DNA of 31,364 nt, from the IMG/VR virus record IMGVR_UViG_3300010366_000039, positions 1 through 31,364 of that record; one strand, given 5' to 3'. This document shows positions 1-9,455 of this stretch, one piece after another; position 1 is the stretch's first letter, and every line of letters starts with the position of its first letter. The translations under genes were made by a program, and so were the position numbers. The stretch comes from a virus. Taxonomy: Duplodnaviria > Caudoviricetes. The notes beneath the pieces are model-generated. The model made no database searches and had not been told where the DNA came from. It worked only from the letters and a program-made list of their open reading frames with translations.

Positions 1-13
1 AGATCGGTCAGCA

Positions 14-358
14 TCACATCGTCGGCAGAGGATGGAAGAAACACCGTCGAGAGCCATCAGGCCGTTTGCAGCGCCAGAACCGGCCATCAGGACTGGGGAT
101 TGCCTCGGAGTACGGGACAAGCTCCTTCACGACAAAATCCATCGCTCCGTTGCCTTCACCGACACGAAACGTCGCATCAACCTCATAGCCGAATCTGTTC
201 TCGCCAATATGTCCATAGACAAACACCCCACAGTCGGATTCACCGCAACACCACTCGCCGGCATTGTTACGGTAACCGTTTCGGCTTAGCCATGAATCGT
301 GAGCAGAACTAAAATCGATCAGGGAAAAGACAATCAGAAGCCCGAGGATGCATCTCAT
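14..358 (-). CDS. Secreted Cys-rich hypothetical protein
   Basis: Hydrophobic N-terminus ending SSA|HD; CCGESDC motif and C-terminal WRC..RCFF; ATGA overlap with upstream gene. Confidence 0.8.
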   Translation of the reverse strand: MRCILGLLIVFSLIDFSSAHDSWLSRNGYRNNAGEWCCGESDCGVFVYGHIGENRFGYEVDATFRVGEGNGAMDFVVKELVPYSEAIPSPDGRFWRCKRPDGSRRCFFHPLPTM

Positions 359-936
359 TGGACTGGGATCTGATTAGATGCGGCAAAGGCAAGGCCCATG
401 AAAACGAAATCAAGATCCATCCCAGCCGAGGCCTGGAACGCAAGCTTGTCACCCGCCACACGATCACAGAGAACAGGAGGATCAAACCTGAAATGCTCGC
501 GAAAATCATAAGTGTTTACTACCGAATGGCCAAGACTGATATCACGAGTGAAGTCAGAACCAACCTCAGCTCCATTGGCTGTATTATATGCGATTCCCCC
601 AGGATCGACCCAGGCAGCCAATTCCGACATGCCAAACGGTTTGCCAGGAGAGCTTGAGCACGCAAGCCAACATGCAGTGATAAACAATCTCTGCGGAACG
701 AATGATGGAAGATAAAGAGGAAAGACGCCAGGATTTGTTGGTGATGTGTCACTGATCCATTGTTTTCCAGTGAAAGCCGGAACACCAACATAGGTACCAA
801 ATACCGGGCTTTGTCCTGGAATCCTCGGTATCCAATAATATTCTCTCTGAACAAGAGGAGGAGCATATTGAGCAATTGCAGGGCTGGCGATCATCGCACT
901 CATACCAGCCATGAGGCTACGTCGATCGATCTTCAT
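355..936 (-). CDS. Hypothetical protein with twin-arginine (Tat)-like signal peptide
   Basis: MKIDRRSLMAGMSAMIASPAIA|Q has RR, a hydrophobic core and AxA; AGGAG RBS upstream. Confidence 0.75.
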   Translation of the reverse strand: MKIDRRSLMAGMSAMIASPAIAQYAPPLVQREYYWIPRIPGQSPVFGTYVGVPAFTGKQWISDTSPTNPGVFPLYLPSFVPQRLFITACWLACSSSPGKPFGMSELAAWVDPGGIAYNTANGAEVGSDFTRDISLGHSVVNTYDFREHFRFDPPVLCDRVAGDKLAFQASAGMDLDFVFMGLAFAASNQIPVQ

Positions 937-945
937 TCTATCTCC

Positions 946-1617
946 TTATCCCAGGAAAAAGCCCTGAAAGTATGTTCCACTCACAAGACCGCTAACTGAG
1001 TGTGTACCGCCGCCTGTCGTCAAGAAAAACAGCTCATAGAAGTCCGACCCATTTGCGCTATCAATTGCGACACCCTGAGTCGCTGGAGCGAATGACGCTC
1101 CAGACATTGTGACTGCGACGATATCGCGGTAACGAGAACCATTCTTGTAGATGGAAATGAAGGCGATCTGCTGATCGACTCCGCTATTCAAACGAACGCT
1201 GCCGATAATCATGTTCTTACCAGACGGCGGAGTCCATTTGCTATTAGCGGCGTCATAGAACCCGCCAACGTCAAATTCTTCCGTCGTGAACGTGATCTTT
1301 GTGAACGTATTATCTGCTATTCCAGTCTGATCAGTCGCGTTCTTATTTGCACTGAAACATGGTTGCGACGGCGTAATTATCTGAGCAACCGTGAGCGTCC
1401 CACTGGCACTGACGTTGCCACTGTCATCAAGGGTAACAAGCGAGCCCTGAACCGTTCGACCATCCGTACCATCCCAGCGAACGATGGCGTTATCGGTAAC
1501 TGGTGTGCTCGATGTCGACACAGGACCGCCAACACCGCCCTCATAGAGAGCGCGCACAGCACGCGAAATGCGCTCGGTATTGTCTTCAGTGGCAGCGGGA
1601 ACCGGGCCGGGAATCAT
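946..1617 (-). CDS. Tail needle/fibre-like protein with C-terminal C1q/TNF-like domain
   Basis: TDNAIVRWDGTDG fibre motif, then PCFSA...KITFTTEEFDVGGFYDAANSKWTP...TYFQGF typical of C1q-like heads. Confidence 0.7.
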   Translation of the reverse strand: MIPGPVPAATEDNTERISRAVRALYEGGVGGPVSTSSTPVTDNAIVRWDGTDGRTVQGSLVTLDDSGNVSASGTLTVAQIITPSQPCFSANKNATDQTGIADNTFTKITFTTEEFDVGGFYDAANSKWTPPSGKNMIIGSVRLNSGVDQQIAFISIYKNGSRYRDIVAVTMSGASFAPATQGVAIDSANGSDFYELFFLTTGGGTHSVSGLVSGTYFQGFFLG

Positions 1618-1901
1618 TCGCTAGTAAGCCTTAATCGATCATCGTGGAGCGCCAATTGGGCACCCAAGACGCCATTCGCTCGGACCATCTCATTGCGGAA
1701 GGAATCGATTGAGGCTCCTGCCTGCCGCGTCTGTTGGGCATTCTCGATCACCAGCATGGGGAGAAGTTCCATGCTACATCCCCATTTATTAATCTGCTCG
1801 CCTGTATTGGGATTCTGACCGATGACATTAATGAACCATCGGCATTGGTGCTCCTTGCAGGGAGCGCGCCACAGCGGACAATCGGCCTTCTTGGAGAACA
1901 T
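1614..1901 (-). CDS. Conserved Cys-containing phage protein downstream of tail fibre (possible fibre assembly factor)
   Basis: CPL..PC..HQCRWF..GQNPNTGE..WGC..LP..IENAQQ..SFRNEMV motif recognised from phage tail regions. Confidence 0.75.
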   Translation of the reverse strand: MFSKKADCPLWRAPCKEHQCRWFINVIGQNPNTGEQINKWGCSMELLPMLVIENAQQTRQAGASIDSFRNEMVRANGVLGAQLALHDDRLRLTSE

Positions 1902-2783
1902 TCAATCCTTACTAGCGATAATCAAATCGACATATTGCACGGCGAAATCGAGACCCGTACCAGAGCCACCTGACGCAACGGTGTAATTGGGAAAACTCAC
2001 GGTATGATCCGACATCGCAGCAAATTGACCTGACGCGTAATAGGAGCTGCCGCCAGCGATCGCCGCATTCGTCGTCGTTGATCCAGAATTTGGAACAATG
2101 GCACTTCCACCACCAGACAGATGGGTTAATGTCTGTGAAGCCGTATTTGGAGTCCCCGTAAAATTGACGTTCGGCAGATTTGCTTGGGCAATCGTGCGCG
2201 AGGCAAAAATGCTAGTAAAGGCCGTTGAACCGCCGGAACTAGCTGTGCCTGACACAACACGCAATGCCTTGTCATTATGCGTCGATTGCTTCGTCCATCC
2301 GGTCGGCGCTGCCGTTTGCTGAAAAAGCATCAACGTTCCGGACGCAAACGCTGCATTATAGGGACCGCAGATGATCCAGCACGACCCAGCGTTATTGTAG
2401 ACCAGATCATGCACGGCATTCGTGACGACGACGCCAGTCGGCAGCGCCGTCCCAGAAGAAAGGAGCTGGATCGCCTTGGCCCCGAGACCATCCACATTTA
2501 GCGTAGGGGATGCACCATTGGCGGTATGGAACCGCACCCGGACGGCCATGCCATCCATGGCCGAAAGAGACGTGAACACCTGATTCGAGGTAAGCGTGTA
2601 GGCCGTACTTGAGCCGGCCGTGAGCAGGGAACCAGAAATATCGTCGCGGAACTTGGCCGCCGCTGCCATCACGGCGCGTGACGAATCGTTCACCGATGAT
2701 GGGGCTTGGCCCTCAGCCCAATTGATCGAGGCATCAGCATTTGAATTGCTTGCTGCCGTCTTGGACCATGTAAAGAGAGTCAT
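1902..2783 (-). CDS. Tail fibre protein
   Basis: N-terminal INWAEGQAPSSVNDS anchor; HTANGASPTLNVDGLGAK fibre motif; collar-like GTLMLFQQTAAPTGWTK and C-terminal AVQYVDLIIASKD. Confidence 0.85.
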   Translation of the reverse strand: MTLFTWSKTAASNSNADASINWAEGQAPSSVNDSSRAVMAAAAKFRDDISGSLLTAGSSTAYTLTSNQVFTSLSAMDGMAVRVRFHTANGASPTLNVDGLGAKAIQLLSSGTALPTGVVVTNAVHDLVYNNAGSCWIICGPYNAAFASGTLMLFQQTAAPTGWTKQSTHNDKALRVVSGTASSGGSTAFTSIFASRTIAQANLPNVNFTGTPNTASQTLTHLSGGGSAIVPNSGSTTTNAAIAGGSSYYASGQFAAMSDHTVSFPNYTVASGGSGTGLDFAVQYVDLIIASKD

Positions 2784-2944
2784 CTTGCGTGACCTATATC
2801 AAGCATCCGCGTGAGAGCCCATGTCACAACAAAGGCTATTCCAATCGCAATTAGGCTCGCCAGATAGCCGTTCGGAGTCAGATGCCAGTGAATATTGGTG
2901 AACATGACGGCGAGAAATATCGCTATCTGGAATGCTTTCCACAT
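2780..2944 (-). CDS. Small two-TM membrane protein (54 aa, absent from ORF track)
   Basis: MWKAFQIAIFLAVMFTNIHWHLTPNGYLASLIAIGIAFVVTWALTRMLDIGHAR; TGATG overlap upstream and ATGA overlap downstream. Confidence 0.75.
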   Translation of the reverse strand: MWKAFQIAIFLAVMFTNIHWHLTPNGYLASLIAIGIAFVVTWALTRMLDIGHAR

Positions 2945-4713
2945 CATCGACCGAGAATACCACCTTGGCCTTGGTTGAGCTGTTCAAGAGCAAGAAGCCC
3001 TTGCAAACTCGTGGGACGGATCGCAGCATTCGGAAAAACCTGATTAGAGAGATAGCGATTTGCCGGAGAGCTTAGCGCCACATTAGCAAGCGTTCGCGGG
3101 GCGGCAGCGCCGGCTGCGGCCCCGATCATGCTGCCGACCATCGGGTGACCTAAGGCCGTCCCGGCCGCATAGCCGACGCCAGAGCCGATCAGGCTGGCCA
3201 AGCCAGTATGGCCGCCTCGCTGAGCCTGCAATCGCTCTGCCGTGCCTGACGTCGGCAGAGGTTTCATGATCGCTTCTCCAGCTCGCGCCAGATCGGCAAA
3301 GTCGCCTTGGCCGCGGCCATACGCCCGTCGATTCTGGGCTACCGTGGCGTTGCGGAGAACTGATGGGGAAATAAGACCCATGGCCGCGTCGGAACCCGGG
3401 CCTGTAGCCGCTCGCTCCAAGACGATCATGTTCTTATATTCGCGCCGCGCTTCCCTCAGAAGTTTGCGATCGTCCGGATTCGTCATGCTCCGCGCCATGG
3501 CGTCATCAAGCGCATTGCGGATGCCGAACAGGGCATCTGAAGCTTGCGGGTCGGAATTGATGAAGCCCCGCGCTGCTTTATCCAGCCGGGAGCGCATAGC
3601 CATGTAGGCATCGCCGGCCAGGATGCCGTTATTCGCAGCCGCGATATCGCCGATGTCCTTGATGACGCCATCAACAATCGGCCTCTGCTGGGAGGTCGGA
3701 ACAAGCTTTTTGTACTCTTGCGATACAGAATTCAGCTCATTTCCCAGATTAGTGTCGAGGGTGACGCTATTGCGTGAGGCAACCGTGTCAAATTTGTTTC
3801 CGATCCGATCAAATGCCGCATCGATCACGGGAGCAGTAGCCCGGGGCTCGCCTTGGATACCAGCACGCTGCAATGCAGCTCCGGTGAACTGCTCGGCCTT
3901 TTGCGTTGCAATATCGGGATACTTGCTTCCCGTCTGCTCGAAATACTGAAGCCGCTTGTTACCAGTGATATCCCCCGGGGTCAGAGCCGTGACTCCTTCC
4001 CCTTGTAGCGTTCTGACCTGTGCCAATCGCTCAGGGTTGGTCGGCAAAGGGGTTAAGACGCGTCCGGCCATGCCAGGAGCCATCCCGCCGGCTACCGCAC
4101 CAGCGACCCGCGCATAGGGTTCTAGAGGACTTCCCTCAATCGCCTGCCCTGCCGCCTCGCTGCCGAGACCAGCACCTAGGGCCGTTAAGCCACGGCGAAC
4201 CAGGCCGCCACCGCCGGGAACCGCCATTCCAGGCAAGAACTCACCGACCATCTGTGCATACTGACCAGGTGTCGTCTGTGGCTGATAGAATTTGCCGGTC
4301 TTGCTCTCAATCGCTCCTTGGATATCGGCCGATGTCGGCGCATTGGCCAGACCAGGATAGAGACCGGCCACGAGCTGATGGACACGGCCAATCTGTTCAT
4401 CACTCAATCCAGCACCTTGGAGCCCGGATTTAATCAACTGGCCGAGATCGCCAATCATGCCGCCAAGGCCGATCGCGCCTTTAGCTGCCCCGATACCGGC
4501 CGACTTGGCAATATCAGTAGCCAATCCAGGGGCAGGTGACGTTTCACGTGAAACGTCGGTGGAACCAGAAAGAGCGCCAATTGGCGGTGTGGCTATGGCC
4601 GGCATGGCCGGGGTCAGAGGTGTCTCAGGCACCGCCGGTGCCCCGGTATCGGCCGGTGCATTGCGGTACATTTGCAGCAATTCCTCGGTGGAAAAGTGCG
4701 AGAAATCGGTCAT
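2944..4713 (-). CDS. Internal virion/DNA ejection protein
   Basis: 589 aa Gly/Ala-rich helical protein, third of three large genes between nozzle and fibre. Confidence 0.75.
   Translation of the reverse strand: MTDFSHFSTEELLQMYRNAPADTGAPAVPETPLTPAMPAIATPPIGALSGSTDVSRETSPAPGLATDIAKSAGIGAAKGAIGLGGMIGDLGQLIKSGLQGAGLSDEQIGRVHQLVAGLYPGLANAPTSADIQGAIESKTGKFYQPQTTPGQYAQMVGEFLPGMAVPGGGGLVRRGLTALGAGLGSEAAGQAIEGSPLEPYARVAGAVAGGMAPGMAGRVLTPLPTNPERLAQVRTLQGEGVTALTPGDITGNKRLQYFEQTGSKYPDIATQKAEQFTGAALQRAGIQGEPRATAPVIDAAFDRIGNKFDTVASRNSVTLDTNLGNELNSVSQEYKKLVPTSQQRPIVDGVIKDIGDIAAANNGILAGDAYMAMRSRLDKAARGFINSDPQASDALFGIRNALDDAMARSMTNPDDRKLLREARREYKNMIVLERAATGPGSDAAMGLISPSVLRNATVAQNRRAYGRGQGDFADLARAGEAIMKPLPTSGTAERLQAQRGGHTGLASLIGSGVGYAAGTALGHPMVGSMIGAAAGAAAPRTLANVALSSPANRYLSNQVFPNAAIRPTSLQGLLALEQLNQGQGGILGR
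4538..4557. promoter_or_regulatory. parS-like site (20-bp perfect palindrome)
   Basis: GACGTTTCACGTGAAACGTC; core GTTTCACGTGAAAC matches the bacterial chromosomal parS consensus TGTTTCACGTGAAACA. Confidence 0.75.
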
Positions 4714-6350
4714 TGCAATGGCACCTTGACGCCCCGACGAATCAGCTCGGCTGCCAAATCGGCTCTCGGGAATGTCGGCAATTCTGGAACGTTTCTCTGG
4801 TAAGACTGCGGCATATCGACGCGGTAAGCTCCCAAAAGCTCGCTTCCAGCCGGCGCTTTGGCGGCTACCTTGTCAACAAGCTGATTATGGCGTTCGATCT
4901 TGCCCCGATTAAGTTTATCGAGAATATCGAACACCCGGCGGATCGATCCTTCCTCAAGCGAGATATCACCGGCGGCCATTTTCTCCGCATATTCGCGATC
5001 CTGATTGGTGATCGACGTCCCTGATCCGAAATTCTTGACTAGGGCGGCAACTTGCTGACCCACCGTTGATTGGAACGTTTCGGTATTGATCGTCCTTGGA
5101 TCGGTCGGCTTGCCCAGAAATTCCATGAATTTGGACAGCGCCAGCCTGTTCTTGGCAAATTGTCCGCTGAAAATACCGGCCTTGGCATCGAGTTGAGCCC
5201 GCAGATCATTAGTCGCTTTGAGAGCGTCCACAGCCGAATTGGCAGTTTCCAGTCCGCTGTCGAGCCGAGTTGTGAACTTCCCGAGAATAGACCGTTGGGT
5301 CTCCGCTTCCTGTTGGGCAGTAGCGGCCTGCTGTTGCCAATCCTCGAACGAGATTGGCTTCTGTCCGGCCGCCTGCGTCTGCTGAACATAGAGACGGTAA
5401 TTCTTGATTTCGTTGGTAGGCTCAAGTGACTTCGACAGTGCGTCGACGCTCGCCTTGAGGGCATCCTGCGTATTCTTCGGCAGGAATGGATTTCCTGCCA
5501 TCGTGGCAAGCTGATTCCGAAATTGCTGCATCTCGGGATTGTTCAGCGTCGCAGGCGGGGCCGTGATCCCTGCCGTCCCCGCTACGGTTGGTGCCTGAGC
5601 CACTTGGGTCATTGGCGTCAAGGTGAATGCCGTGATGGGCTTGCCGGTGATATTTTGGACATAATTTCTCGTTTCTTCCGGCATTTTCAGCGGATTTGCT
5701 CCCGCCTTGAGCCATGCCGAGAGATTTCCAGGGCCCCAATTGTAAGCCGCGAGTGCAAGCCCGTCGTTGCCGAACTGCTTCTTGAGATCGGCCATGTATC
5801 CGGCTGCCCCAGGAATGGCCGATTCCGGTTTGAATGGTTCAACACCGCGCTCCTTGGCCGTTGCCGGCATGAACTGGGCAATTCCCTGAGCACCAGCCGG
5901 ACTGACTGCATTCGGATTAAACCCGCTTTCCTGCCGCAACTGACGCGCAAACTGGCCAGGATCGAGACCAACAGAAGCCGCAGCCGACTTAATCAAATTA
6001 CCGAATTGCCCGATGAGACCAGGTTGTGATTCGCTCGGTTGAGCCTGCGGTTGCTGACCGACACCATAAATCTGTGATGCCATCCTTCCTATGTTTTGCA
6101 GGTCGGGCGGCGCATTTGGAGACACCAGCGGGGCGTTAAGAGAGCCGAACGGTGACGGTTGCGTCGGTTGACCGCCCCCACCCCTAATGGCCTCCGCTCC
6201 CTGTTGAGCGCCAAGCAATTGAAGCTGTAAGGCGAGCAATCGTTCCTGTCGCATTGGATCGGCGAAATTAGCAAGCGCATCTTGAACATTGCCAAGCACG
6301 CCGCCGCCCTGCCCGGATGTCATCCCCAATAGATCGAGAAGGCCAGCCAT
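4710..6350 (-). CDS. Internal virion/ejection protein with soluble lytic transglycosylase (SLT) domain
   Basis: RQESGFNPNAVSPAGAQGIAQFMPATA...ALAAYNWGPGN...EETRNYV gives SLT motifs I-III with the catalytic Glu. Confidence 0.9.
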   Translation of the reverse strand: MAGLLDLLGMTSGQGGGVLGNVQDALANFADPMRQERLLALQLQLLGAQQGAEAIRGGGGQPTQPSPFGSLNAPLVSPNAPPDLQNIGRMASQIYGVGQQPQAQPSESQPGLIGQFGNLIKSAAASVGLDPGQFARQLRQESGFNPNAVSPAGAQGIAQFMPATAKERGVEPFKPESAIPGAAGYMADLKKQFGNDGLALAAYNWGPGNLSAWLKAGANPLKMPEETRNYVQNITGKPITAFTLTPMTQVAQAPTVAGTAGITAPPATLNNPEMQQFRNQLATMAGNPFLPKNTQDALKASVDALSKSLEPTNEIKNYRLYVQQTQAAGQKPISFEDWQQQAATAQQEAETQRSILGKFTTRLDSGLETANSAVDALKATNDLRAQLDAKAGIFSGQFAKNRLALSKFMEFLGKPTDPRTINTETFQSTVGQQVAALVKNFGSGTSITNQDREYAEKMAAGDISLEEGSIRRVFDILDKLNRGKIERHNQLVDKVAAKAPAGSELLGAYRVDMPQSYQRNVPELPTFPRADLAAELIRRGVKVPLQ

Positions 6351-6351
6351 A

Positions 6352-7296
6352 TCAAAGACCCGGAATTATTCCCTTAAGGAACCCGAGAGCAGAGGAAAGG
6401 CCGCTGGCCATCCCCTGGGCCGGAGACATTTGTCCGCCTGTGCCACCACCTTTGAACAGATCGGCAAAGTTGCCGAAGTTGAATGGCGTCGTCTTGGACT
6501 GCACGTCAGTGCCTTGCACATTCTGCGTCCCACCGAGCTGCGCCATGGGAACCACAAGATTGGAAAGAGCGCCAAGGGCCTGAACAGGGATTCCGCGACG
6601 TGCGGCCTCGACAGCCAAAGCCTGCGCGAACGGCTGATTGTTCGCCGCTAGAGCCTGGTCGGCTGTCTGGACGCCCTGAAGCTGATTGCCGAGCTGCGTC
6701 TGATTGAGCGCACTCAGGAGCCCAGTAGTCGTGTTGCCGGCGCCGTAGAGAGCATTGATTGCGCCAAGCTTCTGGTTGGTCATGTTGTTGTAGGCATCGA
6801 GCAAGGTGGGTGCCACGCCGGCAGAAACACCACGTCCAACCTGATAGCCATAATCACCGGAACCGACCGGCGAGATGCCCGCCCCCGCGTACGCTGATTT
6901 GATCCGATCGAGGATATCGCTCGTGAGCTGGTTCGTGACTCCCGTCACCGCCGGATTGGTGTAGGGATTGGTGTCCATCGTCGCGTAAGGCGATATCTGA
7001 CCGACGAATGTATTGTAAGCGTTCGTGGCCATCCCCGTGCCAGGACCGCCACCGCCGGCCAGAAGATTGGCCGCAAGGGCATTGATGCCGCCGGCAAACG
7101 GGTTTCCTGCATTTGCGTTCGCCTGCAATCCCGCGAGAGCCGCCTGCTCGTTTCCGGTAATCTGAGCATTCGGGATGTTGCCGACGATCTGATTGGTGAT
7201 CCCACCGAGTGCCGGCCACAGAGGCGACCATGGGCCTGTGGTCGTCGTCTTGTTGATGGTATCTGTAGTATTTGTTGTGTTATCGAAGAAACCCAT
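6352..7296 (-). CDS. Pilot/DNA transfer (ejection) protein
   Basis: N-terminal Thr-rich stretch ending GPW; Gly/Ala/Asn/Gln-rich; immediately after nozzle gene. Confidence 0.7.
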   Translation of the reverse strand: MGFFDNTTNTTDTINKTTTTGPWSPLWPALGGITNQIVGNIPNAQITGNEQAALAGLQANANAGNPFAGGINALAANLLAGGGGPGTGMATNAYNTFVGQISPYATMDTNPYTNPAVTGVTNQLTSDILDRIKSAYAGAGISPVGSGDYGYQVGRGVSAGVAPTLLDAYNNMTNQKLGAINALYGAGNTTTGLLSALNQTQLGNQLQGVQTADQALAANNQPFAQALAVEAARRGIPVQALGALSNLVVPMAQLGGTQNVQGTDVQSKTTPFNFGNFADLFKGGGTGGQMSPAQGMASGLSSALGFLKGIIPGL

Positions 7297-9455
7297 CAGC
7301 GTTGTCCTGTCGGGAAAACATCCATGACCATCCCCATGGCATAGGTCCAGAGCGTTGCAGCCGGAATCCTGATCCGACCTCTAGCTAGTTGCGTATCGCG
7401 CCGCTGTGGGCACCGGCCCTGCGAGTTAATGAGCGTCTCGGACGTCTGCGAGAGAGCAGATTGTGCATTGTCCCGATAGCGGATCGAACCATAGACGGTT
7501 GGCGCATCGGTCCGAGGCTTGATGCTAGAGATAAACATGCGGCGCGAGTCGTCGCCTTGTTCGGGTATCTCGAGTGTTCCCTCAAGATTCGTTCCGTTGA
7601 AGAACCCGAGCTGTCCTGCCGTTGTTGCGCCGGCAAGGCTGGCATTCAGGGCCGACTGAACGGCATCAAGGGACGATAAGGTTATCGTGTCGATATTGGT
7701 CCCGAACAGGCTATCCAGGCCATCCAAGGTCACACCGGGCCGCGTAATCGACGCGAGAAACTGACCCGATATGGAGAGGACCGGAGACCACCGATCGAGC
7801 CCGAAATCATAGCAGAGCATCTTGTCATATTGCGTTGTCGATGAGGCCGATTGTGATTTGTAGGCCCAGAATGCTCGGGTACCAGATGGATCGGCAGCGC
7901 CGATGAGCATCTGGAGATTACCCAGGTCTAGGTCGGCCAGAAAGGTTCTATCGACGCGCTCCTTCCCGATCGGCGACAACTCACCACCGTAATACATCTG
8001 GAAGCCTTGCGGCGAAACGTACAGGACGCGCTCACCGGATCGCACGATGGAGTAGGCCCCGAGCAATCCCTTTTCCTCGGATACGCGCTCGAAGCTAAAG
8101 GCAGGCTTCGCTCCCGAGATATAGGTCATCTTGCGGGTAACGGTTTCCTGCAAGACAAGACCGAACTCTCCGCCGGCTACCCCGCGCACGACGCCACCAT
8201 CAGGAAGGTCCACGAAGTTGGCAAATCCAGTTCCCGCCGTCCATGTCGTGATACCGTCTAGATCAGAATTATGGACTCGATTAGGATTGGACGTGAGGCC
8301 AGAGAGAACGAGGAACCTCCCGACAACGGCAACATAGCGCGCGGTTGGGGGCGAGCCGGCCAGGTCGGCGAATGCCGTCCCGGTCAAGGCAATAGACTGC
8401 GGGGCCGTATTGGCCTGCACGGCCACAGCCGTCGATCCGAACTGGGCGAATTGCCACTGATCGGTGGTTGGAACGGCGGAGTAGGCAAGCCCGCTCTTGG
8501 AAACATCGATCCAATCCAGTGTCGTATTGTTCAGAGTGAATAGGCGTGTAGATGTCGCGGCAAATACAAGGATCGTTCCATCGGTCTTGCGCGCGTAGAA
8601 CAGTCCACGGCAAATACTATTTGCTGCCGTGTCATAGGCCTTCTGTGGCGATGTAAAAGCTGCCGTCCACCGGGCAATGCCGACGCTCATCCTGAATTCG
8701 TCAAGCCAGCCATTCCACTCGTTGCCGGTCTGCTCACCATTCCTACCGACCGAAATCTGGTTGGCTGAATCCTGAACTGTCGCGCTGAATGCGGTGTTAC
8801 TCCCTTCCTGCGTTCCATCGATAAACAGTTTCAGCACGTTCGACGTGCGCACGAAGGCAACATGATGCCAACCCGTATTCAGCGCGTTGGTGAATTGCGT
8901 GGTTCCGGTGACCGTCGTTAGTGACGCACCATCGGATACCGAAGCTTGGATCACATTGCCAGACGTGCGCAAGATCGCAAAGCTGGTAGTCGCGGCTGTA
9001 GCCGTATTGTTGCACTGGCCGGCAATGCGCAGCGCCGAACCACCTGCGCCTACACACTTGAACCAGAAATCTATCGTAAAATCCCCGGAACCTAGCGTGA
9101 AATCTGCGTGATCGTTGGCTGTGACGTAATCGCCAGTCCCATCGAACAGACCGGACGCTCCGCCGAAGTGACTGTCCGCCGTATCGATCTGGGCATTGCC
9201 ATTGGCCGTCCATGAATGCGCAGAGCCCCCGGAATTATCGTCCGTGAACGTCGTGGAAGCATCCGTGCCATCCATGTGGAGCAGGATTTTCGTGTAGGTA
9301 TCATTCCCGGCCGCCAACGGGCTTGTGTAGGCCTGCAAGGCAGCCATCGGCCCGTACCCATCACCACGCGGCAGAACACCGGCCAAGACCTGCGTGTGCT
9401 GGCCGCGAAAGTCGTTCACGTCAGGCCGAAATTCTGGGAACGGAATGAACGTCAT
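7296..9455 (-). CDS. Tail nozzle/tubular protein B (P22 gp10-like) with inserted LamG domain
   Basis: PF.EFRPDV...PRGDGYGP N-terminus, beta-rich body, position after adaptor; KILLHMDG...WHHVAFVR...LFIDG...GWLDEFRMS.GIARWT insert. Confidence 0.85.
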   Translation of the reverse strand: MTFIPFPEFRPDVNDFRGQHTQVLAGVLPRGDGYGPMAALQAYTSPLAAGNDTYTKILLHMDGTDASTTFTDDNSGGSAHSWTANGNAQIDTADSHFGGASGLFDGTGDYVTANDHADFTLGSGDFTIDFWFKCVGAGGSALRIAGQCNNTATAATTSFAILRTSGNVIQASVSDGASLTTVTGTTQFTNALNTGWHHVAFVRTSNVLKLFIDGTQEGSNTAFSATVQDSANQISVGRNGEQTGNEWNGWLDEFRMSVGIARWTAAFTSPQKAYDTAANSICRGLFYARKTDGTILVFAATSTRLFTLNNTTLDWIDVSKSGLAYSAVPTTDQWQFAQFGSTAVAVQANTAPQSIALTGTAFADLAGSPPTARYVAVVGRFLVLSGLTSNPNRVHNSDLDGITTWTAGTGFANFVDLPDGGVVRGVAGGEFGLVLQETVTRKMTYISGAKPAFSFERVSEEKGLLGAYSIVRSGERVLYVSPQGFQMYYGGELSPIGKERVDRTFLADLDLGNLQMLIGAADPSGTRAFWAYKSQSASSTTQYDKMLCYDFGLDRWSPVLSISGQFLASITRPGVTLDGLDSLFGTNIDTITLSSLDAVQSALNASLAGATTAGQLGFFNGTNLEGTLEIPEQGDDSRRMFISSIKPRTDAPTVYGSIRYRDNAQSALSQTSETLINSQGRCPQRRDTQLARGRIRIPAATLWTYAMGMVMDVFPTGQR

